DNA from: Candidatus Aenigmatarchaeota archaeon | GTDB taxonomy: Archaea; Aenigmatarchaeota; Aenigmatarchaeia; Aenigmatarchaeales; JACQIB01 | DNA: 21,361 bases | Reading direction: 5' to 3' | NCBI GenBank assembly: GCA_046760225.1 | Contig: JBHIDR010000010.1 | Coordinates: forward strand, 1 to 21,361 | Notes under the pieces: model-generated | Told to the model about the DNA's origin: nothing | The model's input: the letters and a program-made list of their open reading frames with translations, nothing else | The model's database searches: none | Program-made: the position numbers and the translations under genes | Part shown: piece after piece, positions 1 to 8,549 of the stretch | How the letters are laid out: each line of letters starts with the position of its first letter | Numbering within the stretch: position 1 is the first letter of the stretch

Positions 1-272
1 GGCATCTTGCCAGCCATTATTGTTTCCTTTATCTTTTCTGATGTCTCTGCAAGTGACTCCACGTTTGAGAAATCGGTTTTCTTTATTATCTCCAGAATCC
101 TGTGCTTCAGGTTGTTATCCTCAATGAACTTGTTGAATGACTCGACTGTTATGAAGAAGGCATCTGGCACAGGGAGCTTGATATTGATCATTTCTGCAAG
201 GTTAGCTGCCTTTCCACCAACTTCCTTGACATTCTCCTTGCTTATGCTTTCAGCAGTGACTACAAATGGCAT
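1..272 (-). CDS. ppsA: Phosphoenolpyruvate synthase (pyruvate,water dikinase), N-terminal part; runs off the left edge of the window
   Basis: Not in the ORF track. Manual minus-strand translation from ATG at 272 gives MPFVVTAESISKENVKEVGGKAANLAEMINIKLPVPDAFFITVESFNKFIEDNNLK..., matching the VGGKxANLxEM...PVPxxFxIT N-terminal signature of PEP synthase/PPDK. No stop before position 1. Confidence 0.88.
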   Translation of the reverse strand, partial: MPFVVTAESISKENVKEVGGKAANLAEMINIKLPVPDAFFITVESFNKFIEDNNLKHRILEIIKKTDFSNVESLAETSEKIKETIMAGKM

Positions 273-293
273 AGAAAGAATTTGTTAAGATGT

Positions 294-301
294 TAAATAA
301 A
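294..301 (-). promoter_or_regulatory. Putative TATA box for ppsA (likely leaderless transcript)
   Basis: Minus strand GAAATC-TTTATTTA, 21 nt upstream of the ATG; purine-rich BRE-like stretch in front. Confidence 0.45.
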
Positions 302-342
302 GATTTCGATAACCATAAAAGGATTACTACCATATTTTAGTT

Positions 343-813
343 ATGACGTTCTGCCCTGATTGTGGTGGCCTGCGGAAAGCGTCTGGACCATGTAAAGTGT
401 GTGTAAGGAAGAAGGAGCAAGACAAAAGGAGGAAAAAAGGCAGAGGGTACCCTAAAAAGAGAAAGGGCAGGAAGACAGTGACCGAGCGATTCGGTGAGAT
501 GCTTGAAAGGACTTTCACATGCAAGGAGGTCACAAGAATAAGGCGTTCCTTCAATTCCTCGAAAATGGCCTCCAAGGATGAGTATCTTAATTATTTGGGC
601 AGGATAGCTGATGACACTGAACCAGACTTTATTAAGTACCAGTGTGAAAAGGGAAAATACATCATTGTCCCAAAATCACGCCTTCGCGATTTTAATTATA
701 AAAGTTTTGTATCGATTACAAGGGCACAGATGGAATGTGGGAAATGTGAAGGTTATGCGTGCTATTTGAAAGCAAAATCCAAGAAAATAAAGGCTACCCG
801 GGCCTCAAGATAA
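343..813 (+). CDS. Hypothetical basic protein with Cys motifs (possible Zn-binding, nucleic-acid-binding)
   Basis: 156-aa ORF divergent from ppsA; CPDC...CKVC at the N-terminus, a K/R-rich stretch, and CGKC near the C-terminus. Fills the space up to the rpl10e stop. Confidence 0.6.
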   Translation: MTFCPDCGGLRKASGPCKVCVRKKEQDKRRKKGRGYPKKRKGRKTVTERFGEMLERTFTCKEVTRIRRSFNSSKMASKDEYLNYLGRIADDTEPDFIKYQCEKGKYIIVPKSRLRDFNYKSFVSITRAQMECGKCEGYACYLKAKSKKIKATRASR

Positions 814-815
814 GT

Positions 816-1340
816 TTATTCTAAGACAATCCTGCATTTTCCTGGAAGCTTCATTGATGCTCTTCTGAGCGCTTCCTTGACTTCCTTTTCCTTCCCTGCA
901 ATTGCCTTCACAGTAACCACTTTCTGGCCTGCCTTTATCCTTGCTGACACGCCGTGAGGCTTTCCAAAGGACCTCCTCATCCCCTCAGAGAATCGGTCAG
1001 CTCCGGCTCCGGTTGCAAGCGGCTTTTCCCTGAGCACGTGGTGGGGATACGGCCTTATCTTGAGGAAGAAGTTCGTTTCCCCCACCTTTGCTGTGAGGTA
1101 TTTGGTTGCACTGACCCTTGCTGCTTCCAGGCAATTGCTTCTCATCTGCCTGTTCTGGGTGCAAACAATATGAAAAGTGAGCGGGAAAGAAGCTGCTCCT
1201 TTGACATTCCCTGTTTCAAAATGATGTATCTTGCCAACTGGCACTCCCTTTACATAGCTCTTCCTAGGGCTTCTTCTGGATACCCTTGTGTAGGGCTTGT
1301 TGGTCTGGTGATGATAACATCTTCCAGGTCTTATTGCCAT
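816..1340 (-). CDS. rpl10e: 50S ribosomal protein L10e (uL16)
   Basis: RPGRCY, PYTR, LEAARV, YPHHVLRE and GAGADRFSEGMRRSFGKP motifs, ending EALRRASMKLP; typical archaeal L10e. Confidence 0.97.
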   Translation of the reverse strand: MAIRPGRCYHHQTNKPYTRVSRRSPRKSYVKGVPVGKIHHFETGNVKGAASFPLTFHIVCTQNRQMRSNCLEAARVSATKYLTAKVGETNFFLKIRPYPHHVLREKPLATGAGADRFSEGMRRSFGKPHGVSARIKAGQKVVTVKAIAGKEKEVKEALRRASMKLPGKCRIVLE

Positions 1341-1372
1341 GACAATCAGTGAATAAAAGCACCTAAGAATAT

Positions 1373-1618
1373 TTAAAGTTTGTCTTCTTCATCAAGAGAA
1401 TCAAGCCCGCAGTAAGGGCATGTTTTCCAGTCCTCCTTGAGTATTTTTCCACATCCTTTGCATGAGTATTCCTCATCCTTATCATCGAAAGTATATGCTG
1501 CCTTCTGCGTGGGATAAACACCATGAGGCCTGTCAGGCCTCCATCCCTCAGGGTCCAGGCTCATTTGAGAAGCTGCCTGATACTTCCCTTCTCCCTTCTT
1601 CTCTTGTTTCTTTTTCAT
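1373..1618 (-). CDS. Small zinc-ribbon domain protein
   Basis: 81 aa with CKGCG-x8-CPYCG; TTTAAA box about 21 nt upstream of the ATG (1640-1645). Confidence 0.65.
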   Translation of the reverse strand: MKKKQEKKGEGKYQAASQMSLDPEGWRPDRPHGVYPTQKAAYTFDDKDEEYSCKGCGKILKEDWKTCPYCGLDSLDEEDKL

Positions 1619-1677
1619 ATGAAAGAATTGGGGGGAAAGTTTAAATAACTCATTCAGAATTTATAGTTCTTCAAAGG

Positions 1678-2361
1678 CTAGGGCAGCTTCTTTATGACCA
1701 GATCCGGGATTCGCGCCCTCACCACAGACTTGAGATATCCGCTATGATAGGCCCCTGAATTCTTTTTGAACCTGAATCTCGGCATCACGTTCTCTTCAAT
1801 TACCTCTATGTCATATTTTCTTCTGAATGCGGAAGTGTACACTTCTTTTCCGAACTTTCGGAAGGCTTTCCTCCATCCTTTCTGTTGCTTGGGCAGTTTC
1901 TTAGTGCCGCCCATGAGATAAATCTCTATTTCACTCCGGTGGAGCATGTAATTGGCTCCTCCATAAGGCTTTAATGGCCAGGCCAAAGCGCTCGTTATTT
2001 TTTTCGCGTCCTCGAAAATTTCCATTATTTCTTCATCGGTTGGCTGGCCCGAAGTCTCTTTCCTATAAAAGAACTTTTCGAAAAAATGGATATCGCCGTT
2101 CTGGCTCAAGGTAGTGAGGGACGGTCCTCCGCGGCCACAATCATTGTCAAACACAGAAAGGTCGCCTGCCCTTGACAGTATGTACCTGGGATCGTTGTAG
2201 GCGCTAACCGCAGCTATTAGTTCCGCTATTTCTTCCTTGTAGTCTGGTATTGGGATATTCACAATATTCATGTTCTCGAAATGGAACCCCAGCATGACGC
2301 TGGGCACGTTTCTGCGTGCAACCTCAAAATGCGACTTGTGTGATGATTCGTAAACCGGCAT
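1678..2361 (-). CDS. Hypothetical protein
   Basis: 227-aa ORF with no long competing frame; TTAAAT box about 24 nt upstream. No confident family. Confidence 0.6.
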   Translation of the reverse strand: MPVYESSHKSHFEVARRNVPSVMLGFHFENMNIVNIPIPDYKEEIAELIAAVSAYNDPRYILSRAGDLSVFDNDCGRGGPSLTTLSQNGDIHFFEKFFYRKETSGQPTDEEIMEIFEDAKKITSALAWPLKPYGGANYMLHRSEIEIYLMGGTKKLPKQQKGWRKAFRKFGKEVYTSAFRRKYDIEVIEENVMPRFRFKKNSGAYHSGYLKSVVRARIPDLVIKKLP

Positions 2362-2393
2362 AAGAAAACTATGGAGAGAAAAGGATTTAAGCG

Positions 2394-3581
2394 TTATTTT
2401 TTCTTTTTCTTTTCTTTCTCTTTTTCCTTTTTCTTTATGTATTTTCTTATCTTGGCTTCGGCTTCCTTTGCTGCTTTTGCATTGTTGCCAACGCCACAGG
2501 TGTTACCCACGCCGAATATAAGAATGCTCTCCCTTTTCCCTGCCCTTCTGACAGCCCTGTCAACCAGCTCTACTGCATTTGGCACAGCATCAACCACTTC
2601 CTTTACCATTGCATTCAGCGCCTCTTCCTCATTGACCTTGATTGCAACAGCATCAATGGGCAGGTTCTTTGCAACAGCTATCTCCTCTATCTCATACCTC
2701 TCGACGCCGACTCCTCCCATTGCTATGCCGACTCCTTCTGCAACAGAGCCTGCTTTCTCTCCTTCCAGCCTGAGTGCTGCGTCAACTGTTATTATCCTGT
2801 TTATCCTGTTCCTCTTGATGAACTTCTTGAGGAACTTGCCTGGATAGCTTGTCTTTGCTCCGGGCCCGCTTGCCTTGGCTATCCATACTTTCCTGCCTGC
2901 AATCTTTGTCCTTGCAACAGCCACTTCCTCTTCCTCATATACCTTGACCCTCGCCTTGGCAGGAATCATGGAGGCCACAACCAGTGGGCCTATACCATCA
3001 CCAATTGGCATTTCATCAGCAAAAGCCTGGGTTGCACCCAAGGCAGCCTTTGCCAGCCTCTCTATAAGTGGTATTTGCATCTGCAGCAGGATTGCAAGCT
3101 GGAAAATCTTGTACTTCTTTATCAGCTCAAGATAGTGCCTGACTATCTTTGCAATCTGGTGGGTTGTCATTGCACCAGCAAGCGCATTTTTCAGATCTGC
3201 CTGCTCGTTCTTGCTCATCCTTGGTGCGATCTGCTTCACAAAGTACCTGAACCTCTGGTCAGACTGCTTTACAACAAGATCTATCTTCTTTATAACACCA
3301 TATGGGTCTGTTGCAACAGGAGGAATAGCGAAAAAATCCATGAAATTGCCAATGTTTGTCTTGAGCTCTTTCGAGGGTCTGGCTGATACCCTCTTTACCA
3401 CTATTGACTTTGCCTTTGTTGCCATATCCTCGAACCTGGCAACATCCCTCTCCAGCTTCCAGATTGTCTGGGTGACCATGAGCCTTGGGCCGAAGAAGAT
3501 GAATACCATGAATATTAGAATCCATAAAAGTGTTGAGGTCCAGTCACCGTTCCCGAGCTGCGCCATCAAAACATCAATCAT
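2394..3581 (-). CDS. DUF1512-family archaeal protein (N-terminal TM)
   Basis: 395 aa; N-terminal TM helix, DPYG, PIGDGIGPLV, ITVDAALRLEGE, AEGVGIAMGGVGVE and GVGNTCGV motifs, which I recognise as DUF1512. Confidence 0.82.
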   Translation of the reverse strand: MIDVLMAQLGNGDWTSTLLWILIFMVFIFFGPRLMVTQTIWKLERDVARFEDMATKAKSIVVKRVSARPSKELKTNIGNFMDFFAIPPVATDPYGVIKKIDLVVKQSDQRFRYFVKQIAPRMSKNEQADLKNALAGAMTTHQIAKIVRHYLELIKKYKIFQLAILLQMQIPLIERLAKAALGATQAFADEMPIGDGIGPLVVASMIPAKARVKVYEEEEVAVARTKIAGRKVWIAKASGPGAKTSYPGKFLKKFIKRNRINRIITVDAALRLEGEKAGSVAEGVGIAMGGVGVERYEIEEIAVAKNLPIDAVAIKVNEEEALNAMVKEVVDAVPNAVELVDRAVRRAGKRESILIFGVGNTCGVGNNAKAAKEAEAKIRKYIKKKEKEKEKKKKK

Positions 3582-3645
3582 AAAAATCCTTTGAATTAGC
3601 TAGTATAAATATCTTTATATAAGAGACAACTAATAAATTATTCTC

Positions 3646-4302
3646 ATGGTTGATTGGAAGATTGTTGTTGCCGGCATAGTAATAATAGCAATAATAGCTT
3701 CAGCAATTCTGGCTACTGGAATGATAAAGGGGGTTGGCGATATATTCAGCCTGCCCCAGAAAATCTTTAAGGGAGAAGGCGTGGAGAAGAATGTCTCTTT
3801 TTCAGCCAACCTGTCCTTTGAGGCATTCGAGGTTGATGTTCCGGCATCTTCCATAGAAGTATCATTCAACATCCCGAACTCGGACGTTTACATAGACAAC
3901 AAGCTCCTCAACACGAAAAATCTTTCAGAAGTGATCTTGAGCCTGGATGAGTTTGAAGGAAAGATATCAGTTGGAAACAAGCTGGGCATCGAGGGAACAG
4001 CAGGCGGATTTGATGCAGACGGCATAGGGCTTGAGACAGAGCAAAGAATACCAATCAGTACAGAGAACCTTTCCTACAACCACATCAACATAATGAACAC
4101 CAATATCTCAGGTTTCTCATTCTCCAGTGTGAGCGGGGCCATTGCTGCTGACAATGGAAAGATATCCATAACAGTGGAGGATGACAAGGTTGTGACAGGA
4201 CCATTCAGCGGTGACATTCTGGTCTCTTCTTCTATTGAGATAACAGGCAGTACAACCAAGATAGAAATCCCGAATGAGAACGAGATTGTTGTGAGCCAGT
4301 AA
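3646..4302 (+). CDS. Hypothetical membrane-anchored/exported beta-rich protein
   Basis: 218 aa; N-terminal hydrophobic helix (IVVAGIVIIAIIASAILA) followed by an acidic beta-strand-rich domain with NxS sequons. Confidence 0.72.
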   Translation: MVDWKIVVAGIVIIAIIASAILATGMIKGVGDIFSLPQKIFKGEGVEKNVSFSANLSFEAFEVDVPASSIEVSFNIPNSDVYIDNKLLNTKNLSEVILSLDEFEGKISVGNKLGIEGTAGGFDADGIGLETEQRIPISTENLSYNHINIMNTNISGFSFSSVSGAIAADNGKISITVEDDKVVTGPFSGDILVSSSIEITGSTTKIEIPNENEIVVSQ

Positions 4303-4911
4303 TCAGAAGGAAAGCAGAAGGGCCACTGCAATTGGGATCGAGATGTTGTCATCGATTTTGGGCATTGCTTCAACAATCGTTACCAACACTGCTACTGCAA
4401 TTGCCTTTGTGGGATTTGCAAAGAAAAGAAGCACGACAAAGCAGGCCACAAGGAAAGCAGTGCTGCCCTCCCAGCTCTTTTTCCTGTTTATGAAGAGCTT
4501 GTTCCTTCCCAATCTCCTTCCAACCAGGGTTGATGCAGAATCTGCCAGCGCAAGGACCAGGATTGCAGGCACAGCCAGTTCAGGAGCAAAGAGCTCTAGT
4601 GTGAATATCACGCCCAGGCCATAGGTTATTGCACCTCCCATTGGGAGCTCTCCTGGCCTTTCAAAGCCGCCTGCCCAGTTCTGGAGCCTTTTTTCCATCC
4701 TGCTTATGATTTTCAGGGGCCAGATTATCCTTTTTTTCTCCCTTATATGAATTGCTATCAGGATGGCAATGAGAAGGGCTATTCCTGTGAGTATCACGGT
4801 CATGCTCTTGCCTAAATGTATAAGAGAAAGGACAAATACTATGCCTGAGACATGTACAAGCTGTCTCTTGAGCTCCTGCGCAAGGCTATCTCTTCCTTTT
4901 TTCCTTTTCAA
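4303..4911 (-). CDS. SEC59/DGK1/VTE5-like CTP-dependent lipid kinase (dolichol/phytol kinase family)
   Basis: ELKRQLVH, LALADSASTLVGRRLG, KKSWEGS and DDNISIP motifs; polytopic membrane protein. The start (TTG at 4911) is uncertain and overlaps the upstream gene. Confidence 0.85.
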   Translation of the reverse strand: MKRKKGRDSLAQELKRQLVHVSGIVFVLSLIHLGKSMTVILTGIALLIAILIAIHIREKKRIIWPLKIISRMEKRLQNWAGGFERPGELPMGGAITYGLGVIFTLELFAPELAVPAILVLALADSASTLVGRRLGRNKLFINRKKSWEGSTAFLVACFVVLLFFANPTKAIAVAVLVTIVEAMPKIDDNISIPIAVALLLSF

Positions 4912-5266
4912 CTTCCTTTACCTCCTTTCTTAACCTTTTTATCTCCTTCTTGTCCCCCTTTCCAAAGATGAGTTTGAAGGGGAATGCGATTACCTTTACA
5001 ATGAAGACTATGAAATGGAAGAACTCATAGGCCAGCAGGAGCGCTACAGCAAGCAGTGCGAACTGCATGCTTGCCTCGAGCGAAGGCACAATGGGAAGGG
5101 GCAAAGAAAGGTAGTCAACCACCCATGGGAAAGCAAGGCCTGCTGCCCCTGCAATAGCAGCCCTTATTGCTAGCTTGAAGAGCTTGTAGAGCACGAAAAC
5201 AACTATTATGAATACCAAAAAGATGGCTATTGTCTGCGCATTCACGACTTCAGGAAGGATTGCCAT
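4886..5266 (-). CDS. Hypothetical membrane protein
   Basis: 126 aa with three hydrophobic segments and a basic tail; overlaps the lipid kinase gene, suggesting an operon. Confidence 0.72.
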   Translation of the reverse strand: MAILPEVVNAQTIAIFLVFIIVVFVLYKLFKLAIRAAIAGAAGLAFPWVVDYLSLPLPIVPSLEASMQFALLAVALLLAYEFFHFIVFIVKVIAFPFKLIFGKGDKKEIKRLRKEVKEVEKEKRKR

Positions 5267-5325
5267 AAAAATGGTTAAGATGGTTTTTATTTAAATGTTT
5301 TTTAATAATCTGGACTAGACTATTT

Positions 5326-5958
5326 ATGGGAAAAACCATTGTGATAGGGACATCGCACATATCGCCCAGAAGCATAGAGAATGTGCGGAACACCATACTC
5401 AAGGAGAAGCCAGGCTGCGTTGCAATAGAGCTCTGCCCTGAGAGGTACAGGGCATTGAGGTCAGGGTACTACAGACCGAGCCTGCGCTTCGGGCTAACGC
5501 ACTATGTGCTTGCTGTGATACAGCAATATCTTGGCAAGAAGACAGGTGTTCTTCCAGGAAGTGAGATGCTTGTTGCAGCTGATACAGGCCTGAGCACAGG
5601 TGCAAAGGTAATCCTCATAGACAAGGACATAAGGGAGATAATGTACGAGATTTCAAGAATAGGTTTTGTTGAGAAGTTCAGGCTGTTTGCAAAGATACTG
5701 CTCTCCCTGCTCTTTTCACCGTTCTCAAAAAAGCAAAGAATAGACCTGAGCAGGGTGCCGCCGGAAAGGATCATAGAGGAGGCAATGAGAATGATGAAGA
5801 GGGACATGCCCAGCTTCTACAAGATACTTGTGGAGGACAGGAACAGGTACATGGCAAGATGGATAAAGGAGCTCTCCAAAAAGTATGATAAGATAGTTGT
5901 CGTTGTTGGCGCTGGCCACAGGAAGGGGCTGGAGAAAATGCTAAAGGTGAGGAAATGA
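5326..5958 (+). CDS. TraB/PrgY/GumN-family protein
   Basis: IGTSHIS, VAIELCPER, PGSEM, LIDKDI, LVEDRNRYMA and VVVVGAGH motifs. Confidence 0.9.
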   Translation: MGKTIVIGTSHISPRSIENVRNTILKEKPGCVAIELCPERYRALRSGYYRPSLRFGLTHYVLAVIQQYLGKKTGVLPGSEMLVAADTGLSTGAKVILIDKDIREIMYEISRIGFVEKFRLFAKILLSLLFSPFSKKQRIDLSRVPPERIIEEAMRMMKRDMPSFYKILVEDRNRYMARWIKELSKKYDKIVVVVGAGHRKGLEKMLKVRK

Positions 5959-6557
5959 AACTGGGGTTGCTTGACTTTAAGCAGAGGGAAATAAGGGACA
6001 TAGTGCTTTCTACACTGGTGCTCGCGTTTGCCTTTTCCAAATTTTATGATTTTCTTGTCTCCCTGTTCATAATCAGCTTTGCCTTTGTGCTGCATGAGCT
6101 CGGCCACAGGACCGCTGCAAGGAAGTTCGGTGCATTTGCTGAATACAGGATGTGGGTATTCGGGCTGATGCTGGCCCTGCTGACCGCAATCCTGCCTGGC
6201 GGCATAATATTCGCGGCTCCTGGCGCTGTTTATTTCTCGCCTATTGTAAAGAAGGAATTTGCCTGGGGCGTACACAGGCTGACAAGAAAGGAGATAGGGC
6301 TGATATCGCTCTCAGGGCCAGCAATAAACCTGGCAATGGGATTCATTTTCGGAGCACTCATCCCTGCTTTGCCTGAGCTGGTATGGATCTTATATCCTGC
6401 TTCAAGAATATGCCTGTTACTGGCATTATTCAACCTTCTGCCAATAGCCCCGCTTGACGGGCAAAAAATACTAAGATGGAATGCACTTGCATGGACTGCT
6501 GCAATGGCAGCTGCTGTTGCAGGGTACCTTATAATTCCCATGCAATTTTTATTATAA
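5955..6557 (+). CDS. Site-2 protease (peptidase M50) family
   Basis: HELGH zinc motif, FAAPGAV, SGPAIN and FNLLPIAPLDG; ATGA overlap with the TraB gene. Confidence 0.93.
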   Translation: MKLGLLDFKQREIRDIVLSTLVLAFAFSKFYDFLVSLFIISFAFVLHELGHRTAARKFGAFAEYRMWVFGLMLALLTAILPGGIIFAAPGAVYFSPIVKKEFAWGVHRLTRKEIGLISLSGPAINLAMGFIFGALIPALPELVWILYPASRICLLLALFNLLPIAPLDGQKILRWNALAWTAAMAAAVAGYLIIPMQFLL

Positions 6558-6894
6558 GCCCCAATGCAACAATCAGGCCTGCAATACCAAAGGGAATGGA
6601 AATCCTTACTAGGAATTCTCCCACCTGATAGGGCATGATTGGTATGGCATACACCACTGTGGTCAGGACCATGAGCGCAATAACTGCCAAGAGGAAGGGC
6701 TGTTCCTCTGCCTTCCTTATATTCAGGATGGCGATTATTGCTCCCATCACTCCAAGCACTATGTAGGTTGCTGCTGCGTCCAATGGCACATAGATAGATA
6801 CTGCGGCCAATGCAAATATGACCACAAGGGCTATGTTCCCCAACTTATGGATGTCAAAGGCCTTCTTTCTTGCTGCCTTTTTTCGCTTTTTCAT
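6529..6894 (-). CDS. Hypothetical four-TM membrane protein
   Basis: ORF 6529-6948 in the track; the more plausible start is MKKRKK at 6894. Four hydrophobic segments follow. Confidence 0.7.
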   Translation of the reverse strand: MKKRKKAARKKAFDIHKLGNIALVVIFALAAVSIYVPLDAAATYIVLGVMGAIIAILNIRKAEEQPFLLAVIALMVLTTVVYAIPIMPYQVGEFLVRISIPFGIAGLIVALGLIIKIAWEL

Positions 6895-6924
6895 AATTAT
6901 AATTACCGAGGCAGTATAAAAATG

Positions 6925-6972
6925 GCATTTAAATCCTTTTCGGTACATAATATATTATGACGTAAAGGTGGT
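6925..6972 (+). promoter_or_regulatory. Putative promoter (GCATTTAAAT), 14-bp palindrome CATAATATATTATG (6946-6959) and GGTGG ribosome-binding site
   Basis: Read directly; TATA-like box, palindrome near the expected start site, and AAGGTGGT just before ATG 6976. Confidence 0.5.
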
Positions 6973-6975
6973 AAA

Positions 6976-8148
6976 ATGACACTGCTGGGAAGCAGAGCAC
7001 GGACTGATTATGAAGATGAGGACGAGCTTGAGTACAGAGAGAAGACCATTAAGTTTTCAGAGGCCCTGGAGTTTGACATGAAAAGGGGAAGGAAGGTTAT
7101 TGACGAGGGTGGCTGTATCTACCTGACTGAAACAGGGAGGGAATTCGTAAAAATGGCGGATATCGAGCCCCTGAGAAGGAAGGACCTCCGCAAGCACACT
7201 CATGATCTCAAGAAACATCTGAAGGACAGTGCTATCAAAAACGTCTCAACACTGATGCTGAGTAATTCTGTTAATATAATGGGGGACTACCTCAAAAAGA
7301 AGCGCAGGAAAAAGGCCAGGAAAAGGGAAAAAATCAAGAACGAGGACAGGAAGTTTGCAAACACACTGAAGTACATTAATTTTGCCCAAAACAAAGCTAA
7401 AGATTATGAAGGAAAGATGATTAAGGTAGTTAAGAAACTTGCCAAGAAGCTGCATGATGAAGATATTGAAAACGACCTCAACAAACTTCTTGATAAAGAG
7501 AAATATGAAAAACTCTACCATGAGATTGAGAATGCAATAGAAAGAGCGGAAATATGTGCAGAAGAATTAGAAGAAAAAGCAGGAAAGAACAAGAAAAAGG
7601 CAAAGAAGTTCAGGGAAGAGGCCGAGTGGTACGTGGACGACATAAAAACACTTGAGAAAATAAAGGTTGTTGCTGATACGCTCAATGAATCCAAGGAAAT
7701 CACAAAGGACGATTATCTCACCTTGAAAAAATATATCATGGGAAAGTACAGCTTCAGGAACAGCAAAAAAATGAATGGGGTATTTAACTTCTATTTCAAG
7801 GCACTTGACAAGATTAACAAGGACAAGGAAGAAGAAGAGGAAGATAAAATTGATGTTGCCATGGTCATGATAAAGGGAGAGCTCAGGCCGTTAAAATACG
7901 TTGCCAAGGGCGATCCGCTCAGGGAAGGCCCTTACAGTTATGAGGGCATAGAAAGGTCTGAACTCCATATAATAGATGAAGATGGCACAGCCTACATCTT
8001 TGATATTCCGGAGGAATTTAATAAAACCTTGTTCGCTTATTCCTTCTGTTACGATATAAACAACAAATCATTTTTTTCAGGAGAAAGGAAAGGCACGACA
8101 ATGTACAAGAACCTGAACACTGGGGGGGCAGAATTTTATGACTCTTAA
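6976..8148 (+). CDS. Hypothetical K/E-rich helical protein
   Basis: 390-aa ORF with RBS; highly charged and coiled-coil-like; shares motifs with ORF 8550. Confidence 0.8.
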   Translation: MTLLGSRARTDYEDEDELEYREKTIKFSEALEFDMKRGRKVIDEGGCIYLTETGREFVKMADIEPLRRKDLRKHTHDLKKHLKDSAIKNVSTLMLSNSVNIMGDYLKKKRRKKARKREKIKNEDRKFANTLKYINFAQNKAKDYEGKMIKVVKKLAKKLHDEDIENDLNKLLDKEKYEKLYHEIENAIERAEICAEELEEKAGKNKKKAKKFREEAEWYVDDIKTLEKIKVVADTLNESKEITKDDYLTLKKYIMGKYSFRNSKKMNGVFNFYFKALDKINKDKEEEEEDKIDVAMVMIKGELRPLKYVAKGDPLREGPYSYEGIERSELHIIDEDGTAYIFDIPEEFNKTLFAYSFCYDINNKSFFSGERKGTTMYKNLNTGGAEFYDS

Positions 8149-8446
8149 TACAGTTGAAAGAAGGCTAAGATGCCCTACATGCAAGTCAACTACTTGGAAG
8201 AATGGCTTCAATGAGAGGTCCCACCAGATTTACAAGTGCAAAAAATGCAACAAACAGTTCACAAAACGCTCAAAATCAAAGTATAGACGGGCAAGGTTCC
8301 CGCAGAAGGTTATTGTTTATGCTGTCAAGCTTCATACCAAACACAACCTTTCAAGCTATGTGATTGCAGAGCTGCTTGCTATGAAAGGAATAAAGGTCTC
8401 ACATGTTTCGGTCCATAAGTGGATCAAAAAATATGGAGGTAGTTAA
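8138..8446 (+). CDS. Zn-ribbon + HTH protein resembling the N-terminus of IS6/IS1-type transposases, lacking a DDE domain (remnant or regulator)
   Basis: CPTC...KNG...YKCKKCNKQF, then RFPQKVIVYAVKLH...LSSYVIAELLAMKGIKVSHVSVHKWIKKY (IS6-like HTH). Stops at 102 aa with no catalytic domain downstream. Confidence 0.7.
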   Translation: MTLNTVERRLRCPTCKSTTWKNGFNERSHQIYKCKKCNKQFTKRSKSKYRRARFPQKVIVYAVKLHTKHNLSSYVIAELLAMKGIKVSHVSVHKWIKKYGGS

Positions 8447-8486
8447 TATTTACGGGTCCAGACTTTCCTTAGGTAAGTTAATGGAA

Positions 8487-8497
8487 AGCATTTAAAT
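8487..8497 (+). promoter_or_regulatory. Putative TATA box for the 8550-17536 gene run
   Basis: GGAAA-GCATTTAAAT, the same 10-mer as upstream of ORF 6976; GGGTGGTG RBS before ATG 8550. Confidence 0.5.
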
Positions 8498-8549
8498 GTT
8501 TTTGGATTCGTAATTATTGATAAGTAATAAAAATCAAGGGTGGTGCTGA

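Noticed and set aside
7..288. 93-aa + strand ORF
   Set aside because: Antisense shadow of ppsA.
2371..3594. Several + strand ORFs (2371-2847, 2875-3135, 3075-3386, 3211-3594)
   Set aside because: Antisense shadows of the DUF1512 gene; S/F/L-rich with no motifs.
8138..8549. Active IS6/IS1 element, or a second intron joining the HTH ORF to ORF 8550
   Set aside because: No DDE domain or terminal repeats seen; the stop codon lies before the stem, there is no BHB geometry, and ORF 8550 has its own promoter and RBS.
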